From NCBI GenBank assembly GCA_964016885.1, contig OZ024740.1, positions 183,272,001-183,336,000 on the forward strand: a stretch of DNA of 64,000 bases. The letters are read 5' to 3'. Shown here piece by piece: positions 38,929-53,359 of this stretch (position 1 is its first letter; each line of letters begins with the position of its first letter). This DNA is from Eledone cirrhosa (Eukaryota). The notes under the pieces are model-generated. The model searched no databases and had not been told where the DNA came from. It worked only from the letters and a program-made list of their open reading frames with translations. Made by a program: the position numbers and the translations under genes.

Positions 38929-41900
38929 TCACTCCCTATATGACAGCACTGCAGTGGAGCATTCCGTATTGAGTGTTCTGTATTGAGCGTTCCGTATTGA
39001 CATACGGCTTATCTGAGGCATTTTCAATCGTCTTATTGCAAATAACAATCCGCAAAATAACACTTCATATAACAGATTAATGCCATAGACATATGAATCG
39101 GAATGTAACCCGTGAACGTTTTCCTGGGCAAAATTATTCGAACATGACTTCATTGCCAGAGTGTTCAGACTGAAACTGGCTAAACTTATGGATTTAATCA
39201 AAAAGGGTCAGGTATTTGGGGCTGTAAAATGTGACATGTTCACCGTCGAATGGCAAAAACGAGGGCTGCTAAATGCACATATTTTGATTTGGTTAGCTGA
39301 TAAAATCAATTCAAATGCCATAGACAGCTTCATTTCGGCTGAAATCCCTAACCCAGCAACTGACCAGGAATTACATGACATCGTCAAAGCTAACATGGTC
39401 CGTGTGCGGCGGGTCCTAATGAGCATCATACGTGTCTGAAAGGGGTGTCGTGCAGTAAGGGATACCCCAAAAAATTTGTTGACCAGACTCAGGCTGGTGG
39501 CAACGGGTACCCCCTGTACAGGCGGAGACGGCCCGAGAATATATGCAAATATGTAAATAAGGGCTCTGATGCTGCAAAGTTCGCATTTCAAGCTGAAAAT
39601 AGCAGGGATGAGGTCACAGAATACCTGGCGGGACGGTACATCAGTAGCAATGAAGCTCTTTGGCGCCTATTTTGTTTACCCCTACGCCAATGGCACCCTG
39701 CCATCGTACAGCTTGCGGTACATTTGGAAAATGGGCAAAGGGTTTACTTTACGGACCAAACCGCCGCCAAGTTGGCCGCCGATCCGAAAGAGACCACTCA
39801 GACGGGTTTCTTCAAACTTTGCCAGTTTGATACATTTGCGCAAACAATTGTTTACCCCTAGGTTCCATCCTACTTTATATGGTAAAAAAACACTTGGGTG
39901 CGAAGAAAGTCAGGTCAGGCTGTTGAAAGACATCCTGGTGTAACATTTAACAGCTGTCTTGGAAGGGTTTACACTGTGCCCCCAAGTCAGAATGAATGCT
40001 TTCATCTCCGCCTTCTTCTGCATGCAGTTGTAGGCCGACAAAGTTTTCAGGACCTCAAAACTGTTGATGGAGAAATATGTGATACGTACCGGGAAGCCTA
40101 CTTTAAACGTGTTCTTTTGGAAGATGATTCGCAATGGGATTCCAGTTTAGCAGAGGGTGCTTTGTTGAAATCACCTAAGGTCTAAGGGAACTCTTTGCCA
40201 TTTGGCTTCAAAAGTGTGAATTGGGCGATCCCAAATCTTTATGGGTCAGGTACAGAGACTTCATGTCTGAGGACTTCCTGCGCCTGGCTCATCTGCAGTA
40301 TCCTTCAGTGGGAGTTGGTTACAGTGACATTATTTACAACAGGGCATTCATTGATATCAAGGAGGCCCTCCTCGACATGGGTGGGAGTGAGTTGGCGACG
40401 TATGGCTTGCCGTCAACCGTCAGAGAGGAAGTTAACACGTTGGCCCCGGATTTGTTGCGGGAAACAGCATATGACATCGAATCTCTTTCCCAATACTTAG
40501 AGGAAAATGAGCCCAAACTTCTGTCGAAACAAAGGTTGGCCTATTTAACTATCATTGGCATGGTTCAAAATCAGACTGGGGGTATTTACTTTCTCGATGC
40601 TCATAGGGGTACCGGAAAAACTTTTGTAATGAAATTGATTCTCGCTAAGATTCGTCAGGAGAAAAAAATTGCGTTGGCCGTTGCATCGTCCGGGATCGCT
40701 GCTACTTTGCTGCAGGGTGGTAGGACATCACTTTCAAACTTTAAACTCCCCTTGGATTTAGTAAAAACTGAGACACCAACATGCAATATCAGCAAGAGTT
40801 CACACGAAGCTCTGGTTCTCAAAAAATGTTGCCTCATTGTTTGGGATGAGTGCACAATGGCACACAAGTGTGCCCTTGAGGCATTGGACGGGACCCTGAA
40901 ATACATTAGGGATTCTACGGCTCCTATGGGTGGCGTAACCCTTCTGCTATCAGGGGATTTTCGGCAAAAACTGCCTGTCATCCCCAAAGGGACAAGAGCT
41001 GATGAAGTGCATGCCTGCCTTGAGTCGTCCGTGTTGTGGCTCCAGGTGAAGAGTTTGTACCTGAGCACAAATATGCGTGCTCATTTGCATGGTGACAACA
41101 TGTCTGCAGCATTTGCTCAGAACATTTTAGCACTTGGTGAGGGCAAGGTCCCTGCGGATGACAAGGGTGACATAGCAATCGACTCCCTGTGCAACATTGT
41201 GAGCAGCCCTTCTGACCTTTTGGAAGCAGTTTTTCCTAATGTCTCATCTAACTTTAAAAACCTCGATTGGCTCAGCGAAAGAGCCATCCTTGCTCCAAAA
41301 AGTAACATGGTTAATTTTATTAACGAGCAGCTGATTGAGAAGATTTCCGGTAAAGAGCACATCTTCAAATCTATCGACCGGACGTCAGACCCCGTCGATA
41401 TCGTTAATTATCCGGTTGAGTTATTAAATTCCCTTGAGACCCCAGGGATCCCACTTCACATTCTTAAGCTTAGGGTTGGCTGTCCCATTATGCTAATAGG
41501 GAACCTGCGTCCACCACAGCAGTGCAACGGTACTCTCATGGTCGTCAAGTCACTGACGCCACACTTGATTGAGGCCACCATTGTAACAGGGTGCGGGAGA
41601 GAGGAGATGTTTTCATTCCAAGGATGAACCTTTTCCCCTCGGCGTCAGATATCCCGTTCGATTTCTGGCGATCCCAATTCCCGGTGAGACCCTGTTTTGC
41701 CATGTCTATCAACAAGTCACAAGGGGAAACATTGTCGGTGGCGGGTATCCATTTGGGGGAGCCATGGCCAACTTTATGTTGCCTGTTCCCGCGTAGGGGC
41801 AGGAATGGACTTTTTGCTTACACTCCTCAAGGGATGACCAAAATATCGTCTACAAAGAGGTGCTATAGATGTTGGTGCAGGTGTTGGAGGTGTTGGAGTT

Positions 41901-42191
41901 ATGCCGTCTGGAAAACTATTTCCTGGTAGGGTCACCCATGGCGGACAGATCTGACACCCAGCGGCATCAGGGCCACTATTTTGCAACTTTGGTCTACTAA
42001 ATTCGCTATTGGAACATTATTAACCCATCATTGATTGTCCAAAATGCTAATTGGTTCGTAACTTTTAATAACCCGTTCAACTGCTTTATCCACTTAATTG
42101 ATAAGCTTATTCGCTTTCAAGCCACGTTTACCTGTATGTAACTTTTCATAGCAAATGAACAAACCTGAGCAACGCCAGGCTAAACTGCTAG
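38929..42191 (+). mobile_element. Helitron, internally deleted
   Basis: 5' TC; RepHel remnants; 3' hairpin CCTGAGC-AAC-GCCAGG (42164-42179) and a CTAG|T terminus followed by (TA)n. Confidence 0.9.
39130..41880 (+). pseudogene. Helitron RepHel (HUH Rep plus Pif1-family helicase), fragmented
   Basis: EWQKRGLLNAHILIW (HUH), KYVNKG, VHLENGQRVYF, GTGKT, ASSGIAATLL.GGRT, WDEC, GDFRQ.LP, AILAP, QFPVRPCFAMSINKSQG. Confidence 0.92.
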
Positions 42192-42999
42192 TATATATAT
42201 ATGGCGTTGTTGAAAAGAGCAGGGGCCTTTGACCTGGCAATAAAAACTGGAGACAATTCTTTCTGTACCAAAACCAAGGCGCACACACACACAAGTTTGT
42301 GTGTTTGTATGTGTGTGTGCGTGCGCACGTCCGCGTTTATGTGAGTGTGTGGTGTATCTATCTATGTATATATATAAGGGATACAGATAATGCTTTCTCC
42401 AAGCTTCTCAATTCATTCGTTGCTACTAAGTATTTTATTTTGCAAGGTACTATTTTTCCCCCGAATTTATGATTTCAGAGAAAGGTAAGAAATTCTTCAT
42501 ATTTTGTATCTTTTGTATTTTGACTTTATAGTTTGAATTGCAGAATTGTGTATCCACTCAAAATATTACAACAGCTAACAGTGATATATTAAATTTAAAA
42601 AAGAAAAATTATTTGACTGAGATCAAATCTTTGAGAACATTCACGTCTGTTTTTCAAAAATATATAATTTGAAATAGTTTGTTTTTGTTTTGAACTGAAA
42701 CTTGTTTGTATTTAATTTGTACAAGTATTTTATAAAGATTCTGACATAACTTGATTTGGCCCAGTAATCTACTGATATCAAAATCAGAAGTATATTGATT
42801 TCGAGGGGCAAAAGTTTGGCTGAAAAGGGTTGAGAATTGTTGCACTAGGTTAAGCTCACCTGCCTGTTACACTCTTCATATGTCCTCTCTTCTCGAAGCC
42901 TAGTTATCCTTCCATGCAACATTTCGATCTGAAGAAGAAACATTTATAGCCAGCAATAGTAACAGCTCCTTCAATGTTTTCCATCCAGTTCTCTCTCTG

Positions 43000-43480
43000 G
43001 CTAGAGTACTTTCAGGACACCCACTTTCAATGGTAATTTGATCTTCAAGATAAAGAAACTGTTAACTACTCCTATCAAACCACCTGAGCATTTGATAAAT
43101 GCTGCTTGTCTGCCTAAGATCCTATTACACCTCTGCTGTACATAGAATTGAATTTCTATCTATTCCTCCCCTAAATACACAATATGGCTATTTACCTGGA
43201 GGAATAAAGACCCTGTTATATTTTCTACTTAGAAGGATGTTATTCTTTGTAAAGTTAATTTTGAAGCCTTTCAATTTCAGGTTTTGCTACCCTATCTAGC
43301 ATTTCTTCTTTAATTCTTCTGTAGATTCCACTTTAAGGAATATATCACCAGCATATAGGAATTCCAATAGGCACCTAGTCATAAAATCCTCTGTTATGGG
43401 TTGAAGGACACAAATAAACATGATATAACTGAGGACTAAGCCGTGGTGGACTACCCTAACTGTATGCTAAATTTGTCACT
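43000..43480 (-). mobile_element. Highly degenerate RTE RT fragment
   Basis: Minus strand LLYAGDI..VESTEELKKK..LKGFKIN..K remnants. Confidence 0.45.
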
Positions 43481-46400
43481 ATACTACACATATATATACA
43501 TATATATTATAAAGAGTCAAGACCCCAGTGGCTGAGCTATTGCCGTTTCAACAGCTACTTATCGCACACACTGTTAAATGATTATGTAATGTACACATAA
43601 CTACATGCAGGTGTACATTAATTTTAAATATGATGGACACACCCATACATTTCTAAATATGAGGATCTGAAAAACCTGTTCAGTTCATTCAGTTTGGATG
43701 TTTATGTTGGGCATAACATTTTGATCTCTCAAGGATTTGTAAGCAAGGCCGCAGATTATGCAAGAGAGTGGTTTACTGGATAATGCTTTTCTCCATCCTC
43801 TTGCTTCTTGGACATTATGGATAACTGGTCGCAAGGTTCCTGGTTATGACACATAGATCTCTTTTGAATATACTGCTACATAAATATACAAATGAGCACA
43901 GGTTCATAAATATATATATACATTAAGGAGATGACAATGGAATGCCATGAGTGGACAGACACTGTGCTGAAAAGATGCTATGTTAAAATACATCTGGTAT
44001 ATTCTGTAAAGTAGCAGTGCTGGTGTCATGATATATACAGTATATACAGAGAAGTGGTAGGCATTAAGGAGGGCATCCTGCTTTAGAAACAATATCAAAA
44101 TAGATAGTATGAGCAAGAGGTGGTCATCTGTTCTGTCAAGTCTCAGAATGACAACCTTCTCATCCCATGCCAACATAGGAAATGGTTACAAAACACTGAT
44201 GAGGATGATAATGATATATATATGCAAATTTGCATGGCCGAAAGGCAGCCAATGAAATGGGTTTTCTGTTCATCTTATATAGCTCTTTTTCTATGTGCAC
44301 TTTTTGCTTTCACTATACATACATATCTATATATTGCTACTTGTTTTCTTTTCCTTGACAACTGCTGTTTCTATTTGTGTGAATCTAATGCTCTCTTCTT
44401 TCTATTTCTTCTTTGTTATCTCCCTTTCTATTCCACCCCCTCTCTCTCTCCCTCCGAACCTCTCATTGTTTGTCTTACTTTCTTTCTTTTCTTTAGCCTA
44501 AGCCTCTCTCTTTTAACATTACACACATCTAGATTATTTTGAGGAAAGTCTAATTTTTAATCTTTCCAGTGTTTGAATATTGCACGGTTCAACTGTAATT
44601 TTAGTTGTAATGTTATGTATATATCTCACTTTTTGTTGAATGAAACCCGGAAATTATGCATCATACTTAAAGAAAGCTTCTCTAACATGCTGCCCAAACT
44701 GGTACTAGAAGTGCGATACACTCTTAATGCATGAAACTGTATGCAAGCAAAGTGGCTGATGAAGTAGAGATGCAGTTATTACTTCATCTTACATAACGGT
44801 TTTTCTATGCATTTTCTTGTAATACTATCTGTATATAAACACACACACACACACACACATATATATAGAGATAGATAGACAGACATATAGACAGATAGAT
44901 ATAAAAGATATAAAATACATAAAATATATATATTTTATATATAATATCTCCTTCCTCCTCTATATACATGCACACACACAAACATGCATTCTTTATTGAT
45001 TTCTAAAATCCACTAATGTAATAAAATAAAGTTAAAATATATATATATATATATATAAATATATTAATAAATATATATATATACTTGTCAAAAGATGCAA
45101 TATTCTAGATGCCAATCCAATATCCTATACCTCTAGCAACAATATCTATAATGAACACAGTTATATGTCTGTCTGTTCTTTTTTTATATATATGAAACAA
45201 CAAATAAAAAATAAATAAAACATTTCTCTTTCAAGCATTGAATTCTGAAAAATTGTAAATTTGCTAATGTGGATACACTGACATCTGTAAAAAAAGCAGC
45301 TGTTTCAGCATCAGGTAAAAGCTAATATACGATTATGTGTTTGTCACCTGTTAAACTAAAGGAGAAAGAATCAGAAATGGTGAAAGTTTGAGAGAAAGAG
45401 AGGGGAAAGAGAGAGAATCTTTCAATATATTTCAAAGAAATATTTCTTCTTTTTTGGTATTTTTATTGAATTTTTTATCATCATCTATGAAAATATTTAG
45501 ATTATATTTGACAATTTATAATAATGTTGTTGTTTTTTTTATTCCTTGATTGTTGAAGTTCTTGAAGATTTCTACTGACATATTTTACTGACATCAATAA
45601 TTGAACTCTGTCTTGAACTCTGTCTAGGTTTCACTAGGTTTCAATAAATAAACAAATAAATAAATAAATAAATAAATAATAAAAGGAGGGATTAAAAAAA
45701 TATTGGAAACCAATTGTATACATTATAGGCATCAGGTTGAGACAGGAAAAAAACCTATGGCACACGTGGTTGGTGATGGTATTTCACATCGAAAACATTC
45801 AACTAAAGTAGGACACCATGCTATCATCACATCATCATCGTTTTTATGTCCATTTTTCCTTGCTTGCATGGGTTGGACGTGTCCTTTTCAACATCTCTCC
45901 ACTCACAGTGTTCCTTTTTATCTTCTCTGTGAGTCTCATTGATTTGAAATGTCTGTTGTTCCATGTTTGCATGGAATGGACGGGTTCTTCTCAGTACAGC
46001 ATTTCTCCACTTTCCATACTTCTTTTTCATCACCATTGTGAGCAGTAGCGATCAGTGATCAGCCCTTAACACCTACATCCAGATTTGCCTTGGTCTTCTT
46101 CTACTGTAGCTTCCTTCCACTGGGATTATATACATCTCAAATTAAGGTTGTAATTTCTGATATCATTTTACATTGGTTCAGACATGATATTATCTATAAA
46201 CAAACCTATTTCTATCTCAGCTTGATTTTTATGTAAATGATTTTAAAAAAAAAAAAACGAAGCAATAATCAAAATTTAAAAATGTTGCTTACTAATATCT
46301 CTTTGTAATTGGAGTTATCATAATTGTTTGAGAAATGACAGTAAAGCAACAGAAGTTACAATTTACACTATAGAAAACAACCAATATACCATAATTAAAA

Positions 46401-46779
46401 ATTCTCAGTAGATCTGTTATCTTGTGTGATCATCTAGGTACACTTGACATATAGAAATAAATGTACTGTAGTGTTGTTTATGAGCAGAAAATTGAGGCCA
46501 ATGTTGCTTTTTGTCTGCACAACGCAAATTGAGAGAAATATATAACTTAATGATATTTTCTCAGTCATCTTGTCTGTATGCCATATAGATAAATATTTCC
46601 AAAATGGATAATTAAAGTCTTGTACTTTTATTTAAATAATAAATCACTGTATCTCTCTCTCTCTCTCTCTCTCTCTCGCTTTCTCTTTGTAACTTGAAAA
46701 TGCGCTTCTTGCTGACTAAATTCAACTTGAAAATGCAAAGGTATGGTTGGAAAGTTTTATAATTTACAAGTATATTATA

Positions 46780-47073
46780 CTGGCACCACAAAACATCCAG
46801 GCCACACTGTAAAGTGATTGTGTAGGTGCCACAGCTAAAAGTATCCAGCCTACACTGTAAATTGGACATGTAAAAGACACGGAAAAAAGCACCCAGCACA
46901 CACTGTCAATGTGGTTGGCATTAAGAAGGGCATCCAGCCATAGCAAACCAGCCAGAAATTCTCCTATATGAGTGAGACACGGTCACCTGACCCAACTTGC
47001 CTCTAAATGCGACAAACCCGTCTAACCCATGCTAGCGTGGGAGATAGACATTAATCGATGATGATGATGATGA
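46780..47073 (+). mobile_element. RTE 3' UTR / RTE-derived SINE
   Basis: Repeated 'cacactgtaaa' units, AAGGGCATCCAGC, CCCATGCTAGCGTGG and a (GAT)n tail. Confidence 0.75.
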
Positions 47074-48970
47074 AGTTTATTTTGTTAAGTGTGAAACAGA
47101 TACATGAACAGTTTGGAAGATTTATGCAGTCATTTGGAGGGCCTGAAATAATACTGGTATTATTGTAAAATGAACCTAGTACACTTTGTAAAGTGGTTGC
47201 AAATGAGCAGAGATAAAGCAGTGTTGGAAGTATTTAGTCTTGCCAAGGATAAGACAACTTTTCTAGTGTTAATGTTATGCTAAAATACAACAGTACACTT
47301 TCAAAATTGCTTGTAGTTATGAAAAAGCAACCAGAAATAGTTACCATGATAAAATGGAAGATATGGGCAAGATGTGGTACCCAACCTGTGTAAAAGAGAA
47401 GTAATACAAATTTGGCAGTATTGAAAATAGAAAGCCACTGATCATAGATCTGCCCAATTTATGTTGACTTGTAGCTAAACAATAATTGTTGCACATAACA
47501 TTGTATATACTTGAAAATAATACAGCATTCCAACAACACCTATTCATGCTATTATGTACAAGAAGCTAAGTTTTGCCAGTAAGTGTTAAAAGTATGAAAC
47601 ATAAATGGTAAATGGTAGATGTATGAAGATTTGGGTGACTCTATGTAGTCAGTTGGGGTCAACTTTGCTTTTTCTTTTGAGATCGATAAAAATAGTACCA
47701 GTCAGTCTAATACTGGGGTCAATTCTTTCTCTGAGGCCACCTTTGCTTTATATCTATTTGAGGTCGATAAAAAAGTACCACTTTAGTACTGTTGTCAATT
47801 GTTTATCTTTATCTCTTTCTCACTTTCTCTCACTTTCTATCTTTCTCTGGAAGAATTCTTCTATGTTCGTATCTGGAGGGGAATGGGTTCTGCCTGGCTT
47901 AAAATGCCCAAGAAATGCTGTATGCTAAGATGGCACCCTTATGACTCCATCAGGAGTTATGGGATCACAATATACCTTACTATATAGTCAGTTTACCTTC
48001 TAGAATTAATTGCCAAATTTCCTTCAAATCGCAGCTTATGGTTTTTTAAAATAAACAAGATGAACTTCATTGATAGCAGTTTTGCTAATTTAGGATAGAC
48101 CTGTTGAAAAAAATATATTTAAAGATAAGTGAACTAGTAGGTAGTTAGACTCAGCAATTGAAAAATAGTACCTACTTTAACCAAATACATAACAAAGCAC
48201 TTTTTTTGTTATTTTATTTTTCAAAGCCTTTTACACTAAAATAAAACACACTATTAAAGGGAACAAAAAAAAAAGGAAATAAAGATGTGAAAAAGAAAAG
48301 AAGAACCAAGCAATGAAAGAAAAGGAATTGGCTGGATACACTAGACCCCAGTTTGAGTGGTGCCTCAGCTGTGCTCCATGGACAAAAGCACGTATTACAG
48401 GATAGGAATTGTTTAATTCTCAGTTGACTGTCTGAGTATTTATTGTTTTCATCAATCATCTCCCTAATATCTTCATAATAAGGAAATATGGGATAGTATT
48501 TAGATTGTTATGATTAATCTGGGATTAAAAAACAACATGAAGATATATTGAAACCTTTTCATTTCCTATTTATTTATGTGTACCCACCAATTTCCAGACA
48601 AATGCATAAACACATATACATACACTCAGTAACACGAATACTTATTGACATACACACACACATAGACATCCACACATACACATACACACACATACGCATA
48701 CACACACATACACATATTCAGTAACACAACTACACATATGTATGATTTTGTTAAGTAAATGTTAAACAGGTTTTTGTGACAAGTGTACTATATTTGGGAA
48801 GCTAGCCACATCAATTAAAAATATATTTTGAGAGATTATAGAAAATATTCCTTAAAAGAAAAAACACAACTAACCTTCATCTTCAGTTAACCTAATACTT
48901 CAGGACACTGTCAGAACGTACTTTCATGCACTGTAAGATAAGCAAATTCATTTTTTGTATTCACTGAAAC

Positions 48971-49029
48971 TGTTCTGATGAGGCATATATTGATATAACA
49001 AACTGGCAATTATTTCTGAAATGTCAGCA
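48971..49029 (+). ncRNA. Degenerate hammerhead motif
   Basis: TGTT-CTGATGA-(poor helix II)-GAAA-TG-TC-AGCA; the core is intact but helix II is decayed. Confidence 0.4.
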
Positions 49030-49524
49030 ATTTTGTTGAAGCCAGAATATCCAGAGAGAAGTGTCACTAAATAAATCTGCTAAGGACGATGAAAATATAA
49101 TAAGAACATGCAAGGAATAGGGAAATTTTCACTGAGATTGACACAAGAATAGTGTATACTGAAAAGGTAAATCAGAATGCATTCATCGGAATTATGAAAA
49201 TATAAATAGCAAAGGGAGTGGAAAAGGTCAAGTAAAATGGGAAGAGAAAGAGAGTATGGTAGCGGATATATGGAAACTGCTTTAAAATCTGGTATTGATG
49301 AATTAATTGTCATTTCATTTATTTATTTAAAAACCAGCAAGACTCCCTAGTGATGCCCTGGTTTATTAATATCTAGAATAAAAATGACCATATGAATTAA
49401 CTCTATTCTGGATAAATTGCTTTAAAAAGAAAGATGATGAAAATCTTCAGTTAGTGCAAGTTTATTCAATCCCTCAAAATTGTTGCATTCATGCAATTCA
49501 GAAGATGGGTTCAGCTTCATAAAA

Positions 49525-49583
49525 ATTCACACCACCACCACTATCATCATCACCACCACAACTACCACCACCACCACCACTAC

Positions 49584-49624
<41 letters not shown>

Positions 49625-49720
49625 CCACCACCACCACCACCACCACCACCACCACCACCATCATCATCATCCCTTTCATCATCATCATCATCATCACCAC
49701 CATCATCACTATCATCATCA
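49525..49720. repeat. (CAC)n/(CAT)n trinucleotide microsatellite
   Basis: Visible tract; produces poly-His/Thr/Ile ORFs. Confidence 0.95.
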
Positions 49721-50177
49721 CAAAAATAGAAAAACAAAAAACAAGTAAAGAACCCAAATCTCCCATAGTTTACGGCCTTCTAATAAAAAAGATGTACTCC
49801 TATGCAATACCTCAGTTACCTAGGTGCAAACCTGGACACACGTACATTTATTTTTCTGAATTAAGATTTTATATTGCATTTGATACCATGTTTCCAATGG
49901 AACTATCACTGGTTCACTGCATTTCTAATGGTGTGAATGATAAGGGAGTGTCTGTGACTCAGTCCAGAATGAATATTTCAAGGGACTTTGTTTGCAAAGT
50001 AGCATTTGTTTGCTTTTCTCACCAATCCTTCACAGATATATACTTGCAGGAGTACACACACACATATAAATAGAATAACATTCTATTGAAAAATAATCTT
50101 ACAATTAATGCACTAGTAATTAATTAATTGAATTATCTGCCAAAAATATTATATATATATATATTTATGTGTGTATG

Positions 50178-50222
<45 letters not shown>

Positions 50223-53200
50223 CTATCTGGCATATTTAAGTAAAAGTAAGCTTATAAGTAATATATGTGTGAACAGTAAAGAGAGTATTCAGTGACATGT
50301 GAAATCCCAACACAACTGAAATTAGTCTTGCTGTTCCCTATCTTTCTGTCCATTGTCATATTCTATATAAAGATATGATGTTTATAATTGTATGTGCATT
50401 CCGAGAAGGCTAAAAATCTATAGATATATTCTATAACATAGTATAGCATTGAAATAAAGGAGTTAACTGTCCAGTAACATATCAATCAATCTAGCTGTTG
50501 CAGATGCATTACATAAGTAAATGATATTTCATGAAGTCATGAGTATTCCTTACATGGCTGTTATTACCTGGCAGAAATAGCAGCTAACTCTCTCTCTCTC
50601 AAATTACAGGGGCAGAGAGGGGAGGAGCCAAATTTGGTCAATTTAGTTGTAGTGATTAGTTTAGCTCTTATCAAATATCAACCAAGATATAAAAAACTTT
50701 GATATGCAATAAACATGACTTGTACATAAATTGTAGTGCATATTCAAATAGATGTGTACTTTGGTAGTTTGAGGAGAAAAATATAATTGGGTGGGGGGCA
50801 CCTTAGTTCTACTGCCTTAAATTATATCATATTATCTTAAAAAAGAATGACTTATTACTTAAATGCTTAGTAATAGGTGGCGTAGAAATGACATCTCTGT
50901 AAACAGTTAAAGAGGGTACTTAGTCATTTATAAAGTCCCAACATATTATTGAAACTGTTTAGAAAGTTATTTCATATAAAGAAGAGATGATTACATTTGT
51001 CTATATGCAATGTTGGTTAAAATTTGATATACTCTCTAGAACAGAATAGCATTAAAACAAAATATATTATTAGCAAACCAATAATGTATGCTTTTCTCTT
51101 CGTTGGATGATGACAGACTATACAACTAACATTTCATGAAGTTAATGTGAGTTCCTTGACATGGTTGTTTTTTACCTGGCAGAAATAGTAGCTACCTCTC
51201 TCTCAAAGTATATCATAATGTCTTGAAAAAAAAAAAAGAATAATGAATTACACAACATAGTTCTAGATACAACAGTCTGAATAAAAGACTTAAAATACAG
51301 GTTGGTCTGGGCCTGAAAGAGCTGGCTTGGTACAAATGGAACACTGCAACAATTAACTTTTGTTTGTGATTTGATTATGCTTTATTGAAACACTTTCTAT
51401 GATTGAAAAGTTTGAGGAAGGTTGTATCAGGAAATAATTTTCTGCTGGAGTAAATGCCTAGTAGTATTTAGTTCACTCATTGTATATTCTATTTTATATC
51501 ATATAATAAGGAGAATTATTGTGTAGGGTGCTCAGAGTTGATTTTTCTACTCTTACTTACATCCTCAATGATCAATCAAACTCTGAACCAGTAATATATT
51601 GGATCTTAATTAAATCAATCACATACTTTCTTTATAAGACATTTCAAAAATACAAACAGTATCTGTCTTTATTTTGTGCGAGTAATAAGCAAAACAAGAG
51701 GTTTACAAAATGGCAGTCATTACAGCATTAGAATAATTGTTTCTACTTTTGGCACAATGCCAGCAATTACCCCAGTGTATTACTGGTACTTTATTATATC
51801 GACCCCGTAATGACGAAAGGCAAAGTTAACCCAGGCAGAATTTGAACTCATAACAGCATTAAAATAATATATTGTCGTATTTGTCGTATTTCTCTGCACT
51901 CTAATTTTTAATCTCCATGTTAAGCCCCCCTGAACAGTGTAATTTTCACCTCAGGGACAGCACAGAAGACCAAATATTCTCTTTGCAACAGAGTAATATA
52001 GAATAATATAGAATAAGAAATAATAAGAAAAGGAAATAAAGTACAAGCTCAGACAGCCAGAAACATGGATTGGCAGAATTGCTGGAGACCAGATGAGATA
52101 GCTTCCAGTCTTTGTTCCTGCTCTTTGCTTCTGTGATCTTGGGGTGAGTATTGAGGCTGGTTGTACTCTGTCAACCATTTTAACATCAGCTCCTGGGTAT
52201 ATTTAGTGAAACTCATTCTATTGTACATAGTTTGAACAGGTTACTGTTTTAAGGATAACTTTATCACTTCCACCCTCCAGTCTCAGAGATTCTGTAAAAA
52301 TGAAGTTTTCTTGACCAAACAATAGAAAAGATTCCTTGTTGAAACAGCTTCAATTTCTTCTATAATGCTTTTATGAAATGCATGTATGAATACCTAGGCT
52401 GTATGAATACCTAGGCTGTTCATCATACAAACTCTATGTACTTGAGCCAGATTACCCCCCCCCCCCCCCCCATAATATATATATATATATATTTTGTAAA
52501 GAATTACTTGTAGTTCTCCAATTTTTTTATTAGTCAATAGCTTGTTTTAATCATTATTATTATGACCTTTAGGGTGGGTGGATTGGCTATTGCTAGAGCA
52601 TCAGACAACATGCATCGCAGCATATAGTTACATCCCTTTAAGTTCTGAGTTAAAATTCGACTGAGGTTAGCTTTGTTTCTCATTCATGTGAGGTCAATAT
52701 AATAAAGTACCAGTAATGCACAAAGAATGATTTAATTGACTCTCCCCTGCCACAAAACTGTTTGCTTTGTACCTAAATCAGAAAGTATTATTACATTTTC
52801 GCAGCTTTGGGTGTTACTGCTGGTTATTTAGTACTTTACATCAGGCTTAACAGAAGCTTAAAATAGGGAGAAAGACTGACTTTTCTCTCATTTACTAGAT
52901 AAAACTTTTCAAAGAATATGTGTTGTCCCTAAAATCATTTTGTACTTTATGTTGAATTTTTTCAAGTGGTTGTGGAAATCTGGTGCGATTGATCCCAAAG
53001 CACCAATGTTCACAGGAATAATGCATATCTCTTTATTGCACATCTTTGCTATTTTCACTTTACACTCAGAATAATTTCCTAACTTCTCATTTCTTTTTAT
53101 GCCAGATTGTAGTATCCACTGGATAAACTACATCAATTATGAAACTCTTATTTGCTGTGTTTTCAATCACTACAATGTCAGGTCATCTGTGTTTGATCTC

Positions 53201-53359
53201 TCTATCCATATGAATGCTCATATCCTACAATATCCTAACCAGTACCATTTTCAACAACATCAGTATCATATTTCTTGCAAAAAATCTAATGCAGACTAGC
53301 ATAAACCTTGTTATTCCTTCTTTGGTATTCTTTTTGTGCTAATGATTTCACAACTACTA

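Noticed and set aside
44700-44790. CTGATGAAGTA...TACTTCATC hairpin as a hammerhead
   Set aside because: The core nucleotides are themselves paired and no GAAA/UH follows in register.
49480-50073. Poly-His, poly-Thr/Ile and poly-Asp/Gly ORFs
   Set aside because: A trinucleotide microsatellite is open in several frames.
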